64,000 bases of DNA from contig CBFIGY010000003.1 of assembly GCA_965662235.1 (NCBI GenBank), positions 1 through 64,000 on the forward strand. The letters run 5' to 3'. The notes beneath the pieces are model-generated. The model had not been told where the DNA came from and made no database searches. It saw only the letters and a list, made by a program, of their open reading frames with translations. The position numbers and the translations under genes were made by a program. This DNA comes from an uncultured bacterium. Lineage in GTDB: Bacteria; SAR324; NAC60-12. Shown here one piece after another: positions 19,667 through 29,251 of this stretch; position 1 is the first letter of the stretch; every line of letters begins with the position of its first letter.

Positions 19667-20593
19667 ATGCTGCGACTTGTTCTGCCTCTGCTGCTCACCG
19701 GATGCCTGCTGCCCTCCTTGGTTTGGGGACAGGTGGAGCTGCCGCTGGCTTCCTTTATTTTCAATCACCAGCACCTGATGCGGGTCGGACACCATGAGCA
19801 GGGTCCGTATGTCCAGATCCGCCCGCTTCCGGACGAAGGCGAATACCGCCTCGCCCTCCGGGTTTTACGAGACGGGGCCTCTCAGTTCCGAAGCCTCCGG
19901 GACTATCCTGGCGGCGAGACGCTTTCTCCTCAGCGCTGGATCACCCTGCCCTTTGAGCGCCTCCACGGAGCCATTCAGGGAGCAGCCCTCAAGGCTCTGT
20001 TCCCCCAAGATCAACCCTCGTCTTCTGGCTGGAAACACACCCTCGTCTACGACTGGGAGTCCCTCGACACCATCCGGCAGTTTTTTCTGAGGGAAACGCT
20101 GGCTCCGGCACAGGTCCTGCGCCTGAACGGACTCACCGCGCCCCTCACCAAGGGACAGGAGGTCCTGCTCCCGTGGAGCTGGCTCCGTCCGGACCTGGAG
20201 CTGCAGCCGGTCGTTCTCCTTCCACCGCTGGTGCTGCAAACTGAATCTGATGGTCAGCGCTTCGCCACGTACCAGATTCAGCAAGGCGAAACCCTCTACT
20301 CCTCCGTTGTCACCCGCTTCCTCGGACGTTCCAAGCATCAGGAGATCGTCCGGACCATTGGAGACCTGCTGGCCCTGAACCAGCTGCGGAAGGCCCGGAC
20401 CATCAACCCGGGGCAGGTCATCCGGATCCCCCTCGACTGGGTCAGCCCCAAGTACCGCAAGCCTGTCCACTGGGCGGCTGACGAGCTGCCCACAGATGCG
20501 GAGACGGTGCCTGCTGAAGACCTCTGCCTGCTGGAGCGTGGGCTGTTTCCCAAAGACTGCGCACCCACGTTGCGCACCGCCTCGAATTCCTGA
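19667..20593 (+). CDS. Exported LysM-like domain protein (paralog of the amidase N-terminal region)
   Basis: Signal peptide; YQIQQGETLYS...LNQL...INPGQVIRIP LysM-like motif. Confidence 0.7.
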   Translation: MLRLVLPLLLTGCLLPSLVWGQVELPLASFIFNHQHLMRVGHHEQGPYVQIRPLPDEGEYRLALRVLRDGASQFRSLRDYPGGETLSPQRWITLPFERLHGAIQGAALKALFPQDQPSSSGWKHTLVYDWESLDTIRQFFLRETLAPAQVLRLNGLTAPLTKGQEVLLPWSWLRPDLELQPVVLLPPLVLQTESDGQRFATYQIQQGETLYSSVVTRFLGRSKHQEIVRTIGDLLALNQLRKARTINPGQVIRIPLDWVSPKYRKPVHWAADELPTDAETVPAEDLCLLERGLFPKDCAPTLRTASNS

Positions 20594-20607
20594 CTCGTTT
20601 TAGATTC

Positions 20608-22317
20608 ATGCGTACCTTCCTGCTTCCCCCCTTCTCCCTGACTGGCCTGCTGCTGCTGCTGCTGAGCCTGGTGCCTGCGCCCACTCTGGCAGCCCCCCGC
20701 TCGTTTGAGGTGGAGGGAGAGAAGATGCGGGTGGACTGGATCAATTCGCGCCTCTCAGTTCAGCTCAAGCCCAAAGATGGCGAAGGAGGGTATGCCCTTT
20801 CCGAGCGCGTCTTCCGCTCCGGACGCAAGAGCATCCAGACCCTCTACCAGTACCACGGACGCAGCCCACTCCTCAAAGGACGCTACCTCACGCTGCCACT
20901 GGAAGCACTGGAAGGCCCCATCCGGGGTGCCGCGCTGGGCGCCTTCTTTCATCAGGACCACAGCACCCCTGATGGTTGGCAGCACAAGGTGACCCACTCC
21001 TGGGAAAACCTGTCTGTTCTGGCGGGCTACTTTACCAAGTCTGATGTGACCCCGTTCCAGATCGCCCGCTACAACCGGCTCCGGAACAACGGGAACCTGC
21101 TCCGGCGCAACGACACCATCCTCATTCCCTGGAAGTGGATCGATCCGGAACTGAAGCTGGCCCCCGGCAGTCACAGCCCCCAAGTCTCCGGGCCGCTTTA
21201 CGTCAAAAAAGACGACCCCAAGCACGTTTACTATCGCCTGCAAGCCGGCGAGGCCATCTACACATCTGTTGTCGCCCGCTTCACCGGACGGCTGCTCAAC
21301 GATGAGGTCAACGAACTTGCTCAGCAGCTGATGTCCCTGAATCAAATTAAGAATCCACGGCTGCTTCAGCCCAAGCAGGAGCTCCGGATTCCGCTGGACT
21401 GGATTTCCGAGGAATACCTCGACGGGGGAGGCACTCAGGAAGCGGTTGCGCGCAAGGCGCCCTCGAAGCGAAGCCTGCTGCACCGAGAACGCCTGCACGT
21501 CATCCTCGATGCCGGGCATGGAGGTCGGGACCCTGGAGCCATTGCCGGCTCGCGCTCTCGAGGCGACTACATCTATGAAGATGAGGCGGTGTATGACATC
21601 AGCCGACGCCTGGTCACCTTGCTTGAGCAGCGGGGCGTGACCGTTCACAACACCCTGATGGATCCCAATCAGCAGGGCCCGGTTTCACGCCTGAACACGC
21701 GGCACGACCAAGACGAGTACCTGCTTGTGACACCTCGTTACACCGTCCGGAATGCCCGGACCGGCGTCAACATGCGGGTGTACCTCATCAACCACCTCTA
21801 CCAGCAGCTCCGGAAGCAGAAGGTGCCGGAAGAGAACATCGTCTTCCTCAGTCTTCATGGCGATGCCCTGCACCCCTCACTGAGTGGAGCCATGGTCTAT
21901 TACCCGGATCATCGCCTGCGGCGCTCCCGGTTCAACCTCAACAGCAGCGTCTACCGCAAGCGGAGCGAGTACACCCGAGCCATCAGCTTCCCCAGCCGCG
22001 AAAACCGGGAGTCGGCTGAAATCAGTAAAGCATTTGGAAAAACCGTCATTCAGGCCTTCCAAACCGCCGGATTGCGGGTACACTCTTCTAAGGCCGTCCG
22101 TGGCTACCTCTACCGTCGGGGGCACAAGACCCTGCCGGGCGTGTTGCGCTACAGCAAGGTGCCCACTTCGGTCCTTGTGGAGGTGTCCAACCTCAACAAC
22201 TCCCACGACCGGAAGGCGCTGCTGCAAGCCAGTGTCCGGCAGAAAATGGCTGCGGCCCTTGCCAATGCCCTAGAGCTGCACTTCACAGAAGGCGCCGGCA
22301 TGGTCGCCCAGCGTTAA
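20608..22317 (+). CDS. N-acetylmuramoyl-L-alanine amidase (Amidase_3) with LysM-like N-terminal domains
   Basis: ILDAGHGGRDPGA, YEDE, FLSLHGD, VLVEVSN catalytic motifs; signal peptide. Confidence 0.9.
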   Translation: MRTFLLPPFSLTGLLLLLLSLVPAPTLAAPRSFEVEGEKMRVDWINSRLSVQLKPKDGEGGYALSERVFRSGRKSIQTLYQYHGRSPLLKGRYLTLPLEALEGPIRGAALGAFFHQDHSTPDGWQHKVTHSWENLSVLAGYFTKSDVTPFQIARYNRLRNNGNLLRRNDTILIPWKWIDPELKLAPGSHSPQVSGPLYVKKDDPKHVYYRLQAGEAIYTSVVARFTGRLLNDEVNELAQQLMSLNQIKNPRLLQPKQELRIPLDWISEEYLDGGGTQEAVARKAPSKRSLLHRERLHVILDAGHGGRDPGAIAGSRSRGDYIYEDEAVYDISRRLVTLLEQRGVTVHNTLMDPNQQGPVSRLNTRHDQDEYLLVTPRYTVRNARTGVNMRVYLINHLYQQLRKQKVPEENIVFLSLHGDALHPSLSGAMVYYPDHRLRRSRFNLNSSVYRKRSEYTRAISFPSRENRESAEISKAFGKTVIQAFQTAGLRVHSSKAVRGYLYRRGHKTLPGVLRYSKVPTSVLVEVSNLNNSHDRKALLQASVRQKMAAALANALELHFTEGAGMVAQR

Positions 22318-22344
22318 CGTTTCAACTCAACTGACCCCCCGGGC

Positions 22345-23349
22345 ATGCCCGACGCCCCACACTCTGCGCCCCCCCTCCGACAGGATCGGCTCTTCTGGAG
22401 CCTCCTTGTGCTGGGAGGAGTGGGCCTGGTGGCTCTGACCCCCTTTGACGCCCAGTGGACGCTCTGGCTCCGGGAACACCGGGACCCCGTCTTTGGAGAG
22501 TGGATGCGGCGCACCCTGTTTGAAGGTGACCTTCCCGGATTCAGCGACCCCTCCATCCTCTTCCTACTCGGCTCACTCCTGTCCTACGGATTCTGTGCCT
22601 CTTCTCGGGCCCCTGAACCACTGAAGAAGTACCGTCCGGAGCTCGGCTTCATCGTCCTCGCTGCTCTTGCAGGAGCTTTGGGACTGGTCCACAGCCTCAA
22701 GTGGGTCATCGGACGCGCCCGGCCTTATGAGGTCTGGAGCGGTGAATGGCTCTACACGCCTTGGTTTTCGTTTGGTCCGCACTTTGTCACCGAAGGGGTG
22801 TACCACGGGAGCTTCCCAAGCGGGCACACGGCGGCGGTACTGACGCTGCTGATGATCCCCTACCTCCTCTGGTGGAGCCCCAAGCCCGGGCGCGGCAAGC
22901 AGGCTCTTGCGCTGCTACTGGGACTGCTGGTCCTTGGCGCCGCAGGCGCAATGGGCGTGGGCCGCTCCATGACCGCCCACCACTGGCTCACCGACAGCCT
23001 CGGAATGATTCTGCCCACTTGGGCGATGCTGCACTGGGTGCATCAGCACCTCCTCAAGACGCCTCAGCAGCGGCTGTATGTGGCCCTCAACGGCACCTAC
23101 CCGTCTCTGCCCCCCTACTGGGAGCTGCGCTTTGCCGGATGGGGGTTCCTCTTTGTGCTCGGCATCATGGGAATCCTGCTGGGCATCCGCTCCATCACCT
23201 TTCAGGATCCGCCGTTGCTGCTGGGCCTGACGCCCCTAGGCGGGCTGCTCTCTGCCTGGGCCATCACCCAAGCCCGAGCCCTCCACCTGAAGGTCCTTCA
23301 CGCCTTCTTCGAGCCCCTTTCTGCGACCGATGAGTCCCACCCCCACTGA
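22345..23349 (+). CDS. PAP2-family membrane phosphatase
   Basis: KWVIGRARP, SFPSGH, RSMTAHHWLTD. Confidence 0.85.
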   Translation: MPDAPHSAPPLRQDRLFWSLLVLGGVGLVALTPFDAQWTLWLREHRDPVFGEWMRRTLFEGDLPGFSDPSILFLLGSLLSYGFCASSRAPEPLKKYRPELGFIVLAALAGALGLVHSLKWVIGRARPYEVWSGEWLYTPWFSFGPHFVTEGVYHGSFPSGHTAAVLTLLMIPYLLWWSPKPGRGKQALALLLGLLVLGAAGAMGVGRSMTAHHWLTDSLGMILPTWAMLHWVHQHLLKTPQQRLYVALNGTYPSLPPYWELRFAGWGFLFVLGIMGILLGIRSITFQDPPLLLGLTPLGGLLSAWAITQARALHLKVLHAFFEPLSATDESHPH

Positions 23350-24484
23350 CACTGAACTCCAGGCCCACGCCCGTTTCCTGCGCAAGCGAGGGCTGATCCG
23401 GATCCTGCTGCTGCTGACCGGACTCGTCGGCCTGACCCTCTGGCTGGAGTCGCAGCAAGCAGACCTCCGGGTGGCCGCGCTGGCTTACGAATCAGGCTCC
23501 GGGTGGTTTCTGGCCAATGAAGAACCCTGGCGCTGGCTGTACCGCTGGGGCACCGTTCCGGCCTTTCTGGTTTTGATTGGGGTGCTCGTGTTCTGGTACC
23601 GCGGACTCCGGAACCCCGAGATCGCTCGCTGGCGTCCGTACCTGCTGGTGTATGCGTTGGTGCCCATCCTCGGGGCCGGCATCCTCGTCAACACCATCCT
23701 CAAGGAGCACACGGGACGGCCCCGGCCCCGCGAGGTTGTGGAATTCGGCGGGCCCTGGCAGTACCGACCGCCCCTGACACTGGGCATTGCCGGAAAGGGG
23801 CGTTCCTTTCCCTGCGGACACTGCACCATGGGTTTTGTCTTCAGCACCGGCATTGTCTTCTGGAACCGGTCCCGGAAGCTCGCACTGGGCCTGTTGGCAG
23901 GAGGAATGATCTATGGCGGGCTGATGAGTGTCGCCCGGATTGTGCAGGGAGGGCACTTTCTGACCGATGCCCTTTGGGCGTGGGGGAGTCTGTGGTTGGT
24001 GATGATCATCCTCTACGACTGGGTGCTTCAGCCCTCGGTCACCGAACACCGGCTGCGGCCCTTGAGTGAGCAGACCAAGAAGCGCGTCGGCTGGGGCTTG
24101 GCACTCTTTGTCACCGTGATGCTTCTCCTCTACCTCACCCGGCGGCCGTTTTATGCGGACTACCGGCGCGAGGTTCCTCTGCCGGACACCGTGTCTCAGA
24201 TTGAAGTCCTCAGCCCCATTGAGGCAGGACGCTGGAAGGTGGAAACGGGTCCGGATGGAACCCTGGAGCTGTTTCTAGAGGCGCAGGGATTTGCGCTTCC
24301 TGATGCGCGACACCGGGTTGACTGGAACACCGAAACCCGGGGCGATGCCCTGGTTCTGACGCTCCAAACCACTCAGGAAGGATACTTTGCTGAACTCGGA
24401 GAAGAGGTCGTTCTGAAGGTGCCGGAAGCGCTCCGTGAGCACGTGCAACTTCCGGCTCCTAGCAGCTCAGGGAAGGGACTTTAG
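23330..24484 (+). CDS. PAP2-family membrane phosphatase (LpxF-like) with C-terminal soluble domain
   Basis: KEHTGRPRP, SFPCGH, RIVQGGHFLTD. Confidence 0.85.
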   Translation: MSPTPTDTELQAHARFLRKRGLIRILLLLTGLVGLTLWLESQQADLRVAALAYESGSGWFLANEEPWRWLYRWGTVPAFLVLIGVLVFWYRGLRNPEIARWRPYLLVYALVPILGAGILVNTILKEHTGRPRPREVVEFGGPWQYRPPLTLGIAGKGRSFPCGHCTMGFVFSTGIVFWNRSRKLALGLLAGGMIYGGLMSVARIVQGGHFLTDALWAWGSLWLVMIILYDWVLQPSVTEHRLRPLSEQTKKRVGWGLALFVTVMLLLYLTRRPFYADYRREVPLPDTVSQIEVLSPIEAGRWKVETGPDGTLELFLEAQGFALPDARHRVDWNTETRGDALVLTLQTTQEGYFAELGEEVVLKVPEALREHVQLPAPSSSGKGL

Positions 24485-26296
24485 GCCAACGCCAGCGTCC
24501 TTGAGCTGGCCCTCTTTGGCGGCATCCACCCACCACGTAAAGAGTCCCAGGCCATACTTGGGCGTCACGGCAGGGTGGGCAAACTTGTTCCAGTAACCCA
24601 GGCGGAAGTAGTTGATGTGCCACTGTGGAATGACATAGTGGTTCCACAGCAACGCCCGGTCCAGCGCCCGCGTCCGGGTCACCAGCTCTTCGCGGTTCGG
24701 GGCCGCAATCACCTGTTTGATCAGCTCATCAATGGCTGGGTTGCAGATGCCCATGTAGTTCCGGCTGCCCTCCGCCTGAGCGGCTTCACAGCTCCAGAAC
24801 TCGTGCTGTTCGTTTCCGGGAGACAGCGACTGCCCCAGGGTCACGACGATCATGTCAAAGTCAAACTTCCGGAGCCGCTCAATGTACTGAGACGTATCCA
24901 CCGTCCGGACATTGACCGTGATGCCCAAGCGCTCAAGGTTCTTGGCAAACGGCAGAACAATGCGCTCAAACGCAGGCGAAACGAGGAGGATCTCAAACTG
25001 AAACTCCTGCCCTGCCGCATTCACCCGCTTGCCTCCTTCGACCTTCCAGCCTGCTTCATTGAGCAGCCGAGACGCCTGACGGAGCTGAGACCGCAGGTTC
25101 CCGGAACCATCCGTCTGCGGCACCGTAAACTCCTCTGTGAAGACTTCCTCCGGAAGGTCCTTGCGGAAGGGCTCCAGAATCGCCAGCTCGTCCGGCGTCG
25201 GCTTGCCCCGAGAGGCAAGCTCTGAATTCATGAAGAAGCTGTTGGTCCGTCGGTACTGGCCATAAAACAGATTCTTGTTGCTCCACTCGAAGTCAAACGC
25301 GTACCCCAGTGCTTCCCGGACCCGACGGTCCTGGAACAGCTCACGCCGCAGGTTGTAGCCAAAGCCCTGCATGCCGCGCGGCAGCTCGTGGCTGATTTCC
25401 GCCTTGATGATCTGCTCCTTGTCAAAGCGTTCCCCGGTGTACATTGTCCCCCAGAGCTTGGAGGTGTTTTCCTGGCGGAAGTCGTACTCGCCGGCTTTGA
25501 AGGCTTCCAGAGCCACCGTGTCATCCCGGAAGTAGTCGTAGCGCACCTCGTCAAAGTTGAAGCTGCCCTTGGCCACCGGCAGGTCCCGGGCCCAGTAGTC
25601 TGGGACACGCTCGTAGGTCACCGACTTTCCTGCTTCAAAGGACTTGATGCGGTAGGGTCCGCTGCCCAGAGGCGCTTCCAGTCCGGCCTTGCTGAAGTCC
25701 CGGCCCTCCCACCAGTGCTTCGGAAGCACCGGCAGCTGCCCCAGGATGAGCGGTAGTTCACGGTTCACCACGCCTTCCTTGAAGTGAAACTTGATCCGTC
25801 CTTCGCCCAGGTCTTCCATCCGCTCCACTTCCCCGTAATACGAACGGTAGAACGGCGCGCCTTGCTCCACTAGGGTATTGAAGGTAAACATGACGTCCGC
25901 CACCGTGATGGGGGTGCCATCGTGGAAGCGCGCCTGCGGGTTGAGGTGGAAGATCACCCAGCTGCGGTCTTCCGGAGTCTCAATCGAGTCGGCAACGAGG
26001 CCGTATTCGGTGAAGGCCTCATCGTCTGAGCTGACCATCAGGGTGTCATAAAGCAACCCCAACCCATCTGCCGGTTCTCCCTTGGCAATGAAGCCGTTGA
26101 AGCTGTCAAAGCCTCCGAGGGAGTGCAGGCGAATCTCTCCACCCTTTGGCGCCTCCGGGTTGACGTATTCGAAGTGGGTGAACCCTGCCGGGTACTTGGG
26201 GGTGCCATTCATGGCCAGGCCGTGCTGCGGCTCTCCCAACGCCCAGGTGGGGCCCACCAGAGCCAGTGCTGTCAGACTGATCAAAAACCGTTTCAT
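24467..26296 (-). CDS. Peptide ABC transporter substrate-binding protein, YejA-like (SBP family 5)
   Basis: HGLAM.GTPKY..F.HFEYVNPEAPKGG, PLGSGPY, FDFEWSN, RALDRALLW. Confidence 0.92.
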   Translation of the reverse strand: MKRFLISLTALALVGPTWALGEPQHGLAMNGTPKYPAGFTHFEYVNPEAPKGGEIRLHSLGGFDSFNGFIAKGEPADGLGLLYDTLMVSSDDEAFTEYGLVADSIETPEDRSWVIFHLNPQARFHDGTPITVADVMFTFNTLVEQGAPFYRSYYGEVERMEDLGEGRIKFHFKEGVVNRELPLILGQLPVLPKHWWEGRDFSKAGLEAPLGSGPYRIKSFEAGKSVTYERVPDYWARDLPVAKGSFNFDEVRYDYFRDDTVALEAFKAGEYDFRQENTSKLWGTMYTGERFDKEQIIKAEISHELPRGMQGFGYNLRRELFQDRRVREALGYAFDFEWSNKNLFYGQYRRTNSFFMNSELASRGKPTPDELAILEPFRKDLPEEVFTEEFTVPQTDGSGNLRSQLRQASRLLNEAGWKVEGGKRVNAAGQEFQFEILLVSPAFERIVLPFAKNLERLGITVNVRTVDTSQYIERLRKFDFDMIVVTLGQSLSPGNEQHEFWSCEAAQAEGSRNYMGICNPAIDELIKQVIAAPNREELVTRTRALDRALLWNHYVIPQWHINYFRLGYWNKFAHPAVTPKYGLGLFTWWVDAAKEGQLKDAGVGLKSLP

Positions 26297-26545
26297 GCAG
26301 TTCTCCCTTGAATCAAAGCCGATTGTTTCTTCCCAGTTAGGGGATCTTTATAGCATTCCATCCCGGACTCGTTCCACAAGATCAAAATGATCGGTAAGGC
26401 CGGAAGTCGAGGCCTGTTCTGATCAAATCAGATCCTCAGCTCCTACATCGGAATGACGCTTCCCCGCTTTCCGGCTTGCTGGGTGCCTCCAGTCCACTAG
26501 GCTAATGAAGTTATCCTGTTGAACTCTTGCCTCTGAACTGGATTC

Positions 26546-27310
26546 ATGAAGACACCCACTGGACTCTTTGTTGTGGCACTGGTGCTGCTCTCCGCCTGCA
26601 CCCGCCCGGTAACCTTGGAATACTTTGAGAAGGATGACCGCACCCGCTTTGCCCCCCAGCCCATCCGGCTCAGCAGTGCCGACATCAACAAGGACGTAAC
26701 GCTGGAGACCTACCAGGATTGCCCCGGCAAAACGGTCTGCAACGAAAACGTCCAGTTCCGGCTGAAGTCACTGGATCGCTTTGTCTTCCTCAAGGGCAAG
26801 GAACTTGAAATTCAAGCCGATGGCCGCGTCTTCCGCTTTCCCGACCGGGAGTATGAGGATGACTTCAATGCCCTCGCCACCAATGCCGACGGCACCACGG
26901 GTTCCTGGAGCGAGGCGTTTTACGTTCCCCTGCCCATTGGCGACTTCACCCGACTCGCCCAGGCCCAAGAGGTCACTTTTCAGGTTGGGCCCTACGCCTA
27001 TCCCTCATCCTATGACTCCCGCAAGAACTGGCGCATCCTCGTGACCCGGGACCTGCTCCTCGGGACGATGGATGAGGAGGAAAAACCGGTTTACGACAAA
27101 GGCGTGATCCGAGAAGACGTTGAAGTCGCCCGAGTCCGGGAGAAGGCGTTGCGCGAGAAGGCTCAGGCCGCAGAAGAGGAAACCTGGAACCTCGTCAAGG
27201 ATTCGGAGGACCCAGAGGACCTGCGCTTCTTCCTGGAGCAGTATCCGGACAGCCCCTTCACCACTCCGGCTCAGCTGCGGCTGCGTCAACTCGAACGCCC
27301 GTCTCAATGA
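26546..27310 (+). CDS. Hypothetical lipoprotein
   Basis: Lipobox LSAC; C-terminal FLEQYPDSPF...A..RL helical motif. Confidence 0.7.
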   Translation: MKTPTGLFVVALVLLSACTRPVTLEYFEKDDRTRFAPQPIRLSSADINKDVTLETYQDCPGKTVCNENVQFRLKSLDRFVFLKGKELEIQADGRVFRFPDREYEDDFNALATNADGTTGSWSEAFYVPLPIGDFTRLAQAQEVTFQVGPYAYPSSYDSRKNWRILVTRDLLLGTMDEEEKPVYDKGVIREDVEVARVREKALREKAQAAEEETWNLVKDSEDPEDLRFFLEQYPDSPFTTPAQLRLRQLERPSQ

Positions 27311-28197
27311 ATTCTGCTGAAGCGCCGGCGCTGGCTCCGGAGCGGACCCACCTTTACGGTCTGGCGATCACCCTCTCGGGGGTCATCATTCTTTCTCCCG
27401 ACAGTGCCCTCATCCGCGGCATCACCGGACCTGCGCTGCTGGTGACCTTCTGGCGGGGACTCCTGATCGGCCTCGTCATCCTGGGCTTCTTCCTCATTCG
27501 GCAGCGAGGACGTCCGGTGGAGCTGATCCGGGGCATCGGTTGGAACGGCCTAGGGGTTGCCTGCTCCTTTGCCTTTGGAACCACCATGTTTGTCACGGCC
27601 ATCAAGTACACGGTGGTTGCCAACGCCCTCATCATCCTCAGCGGCATTCCTCTGCTGGCTGCCCTGCTGAGCCTGTTGGTCCTCAAGGAACACATTGCGC
27701 TACGGACCTGGCTCACCATTGCGGCCGCCATGGTGGGAATGGGCATCATCTTCTGGGATGGACTAGGGACAGGGAACTGGGTGGGGAACCTGGCTGCACT
27801 CGGCTGTGCCCTCGCAGGCGCCATTGAGTTTGTCCTCATCCGACGTGCCAAGGCCATCAACCTCGTCCCCGCGATTGGGGTGGGCGGCCTGATCATCGCG
27901 TTCATTCTGGTGTGGTTTGTCGACCCCTGGGCGATTCTGCCAGAAGAGTACGGGACCCTGGCCCTGATGGGACTCATTGTGCAGCCCCTTTCCTTTGCCC
28001 TGATCACGCTGGGCCCCCGTTACCTGACGGCTCCTGAGGTGGGACTGATCATGCTGCTGGAGACCCTGCTGGGGCCGCTGTGGGTGTGGTGGTTTCATGG
28101 AGAGGTGCCGCCAACGAGCACCTACTGGGGAGGAGGGATTGTGCTGGGCGCGCTGGTCCTCAATGCGCTTTCCGGGATGCGTTCGCCTGCCAGGTGA
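27307..28197 (+). CDS. DMT/EamA family transporter
   Basis: About 10 TM segments; GPRYL.APEV.LIMLLE..LGPLWVW...E.P. Confidence 0.9.
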   Translation: MNSAEAPALAPERTHLYGLAITLSGVIILSPDSALIRGITGPALLVTFWRGLLIGLVILGFFLIRQRGRPVELIRGIGWNGLGVACSFAFGTTMFVTAIKYTVVANALIILSGIPLLAALLSLLVLKEHIALRTWLTIAAAMVGMGIIFWDGLGTGNWVGNLAALGCALAGAIEFVLIRRAKAINLVPAIGVGGLIIAFILVWFVDPWAILPEEYGTLALMGLIVQPLSFALITLGPRYLTAPEVGLIMLLETLLGPLWVWWFHGEVPPTSTYWGGGIVLGALVLNALSGMRSPAR

Positions 28198-28723
28198 GGG
28201 TCTTGTCCCGCATCCGCAGCAAGGAAGCTTCTTGAGAGTAGGCTTCCAGCTCCCGGAGCGGCACCCAAGCCAGGTCATGAGACTCATCGCTCACGTGAAA
28301 CTCTCGGTGAGGGGCCTGGACTAGGAAACGGACGTCGTAGTGCCAGTGTTCGGGCTCTCCCTTGCGTTCCGGAATGCGGTGACGGTCGAGGTCCCAGATG
28401 AAGGATTCCACCAGCTGCACTCCTGAGATTCCAGACTCTTCCTCGGCTTCACGAAGCGCCTCCTGCGGCACTTCCGGACAGCCGTCCACATGTCCCCCCA
28501 GCTGGACCCAGATGTTGAGCTTGCGGTGATGCGTCAGGAGCACCGACTCCTGATCCGGACTCAGCAGCCACGCAGAAGCAGTGATGTGCCCCACCGCCAG
28601 GCTCCGTTCAAAGCAGTCCGGATGCGTGGTGACAAATTCCTGAAACTGCGTCACCACGGGCTGCTCCTCCGGAAAACGCTGGAGGTAGGCGTCCAGCTGC
28701 GTCAGCAGGGGCTGTCGGTGCAT
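28160..28723 (-). CDS. NUDIX hydrolase
   Basis: GHITASAW, LLTHHRKL..W.QLGGH.DG...ALREAEEESG, HYDVRF. Confidence 0.9.
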   Translation of the reverse strand: MHRQPLLTQLDAYLQRFPEEQPVVTQFQEFVTTHPDCFERSLAVGHITASAWLLSPDQESVLLTHHRKLNIWVQLGGHVDGCPEVPQEALREAEEESGISGVQLVESFIWDLDRHRIPERKGEPEHWHYDVRFLVQAPHREFHVSDESHDLAWVPLRELEAYSQEASLLRMRDKTLTWQANASRKAH

Positions 28724-28727
28724 GCAC

Positions 28728-29099
28728 TCAGAAGGGGAGGTCGTCTCCGGGTGGAGGCGGTTCGGGGAGGGGCATGTCTTGCGGCACACTCGGTGGCTCA
28801 GAGCTCGGTTGGGCGTCAGCCTGCAGCCGAGACAGCTGCCACGCCTGTAGGGAGTTGAAGTACTTCACCTGCCCCTGCCGGTCGGTCCAGCGTCGGCCCT
28901 TGAGGTCGAAACGAACCTGCAGGGTCTCGTTGACCTGGAACCCATCCAGCTGCTCACAGCGGTCCTGCACCAGTTCAAACTTGAGGAACTCCGGATACTC
29001 AGGGTTGGTGGCATACTCCAGCACAAACTCCCGTTTCCGGAAACGATCACTGACCTGCTGGGTCTCAAAAATCTCAATCAGCTTTCCCTGAATTTCCAA
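28728..29099 (-). CDS. DUF3127 family OB-fold (SSB-like) protein
   Basis: MEIQGK...FRKREFV...YPE...FEL.QD...F.LKGR.W...YFNSL.AW; ends DDLPF; TTG start with ggag SD. Confidence 0.85.
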   Translation of the reverse strand: MEIQGKLIEIFETQQVSDRFRKREFVLEYATNPEYPEFLKFELVQDRCEQLDGFQVNETLQVRFDLKGRRWTDRQGQVKYFNSLQAWQLSRLQADAQPSSEPPSVPQDMPLPEPPPPGDDLPF

Positions 29100-29127
29100 A
29101 ATGCATCTCCTGTGAAGGCGGTTCCAG

Positions 29128-29204
29128 TGGCGCGCCCGGATGGATTCGAACCATCGACCCGCTGCTTAGAAGGCAGCTGCTCTATCCAACTGAGCTACGA
29201 GCGC
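29128..29204 (-). tRNA. tRNA-Arg(UCU)
   Basis: Minus strand GCGCTCGTAGCTCAGTTGGATAGAGC-AGCTGCCTTCTAAGCAGC...GGTTCGAATCC...GGGCGCGCCA; anticodon TCT; encoded CCA. Confidence 0.96.
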
Positions 29205-29251
29205 GCAAAGGGGACAGATTACCGGGGGGAAGCGGAACAGTCCAGCCTCGA

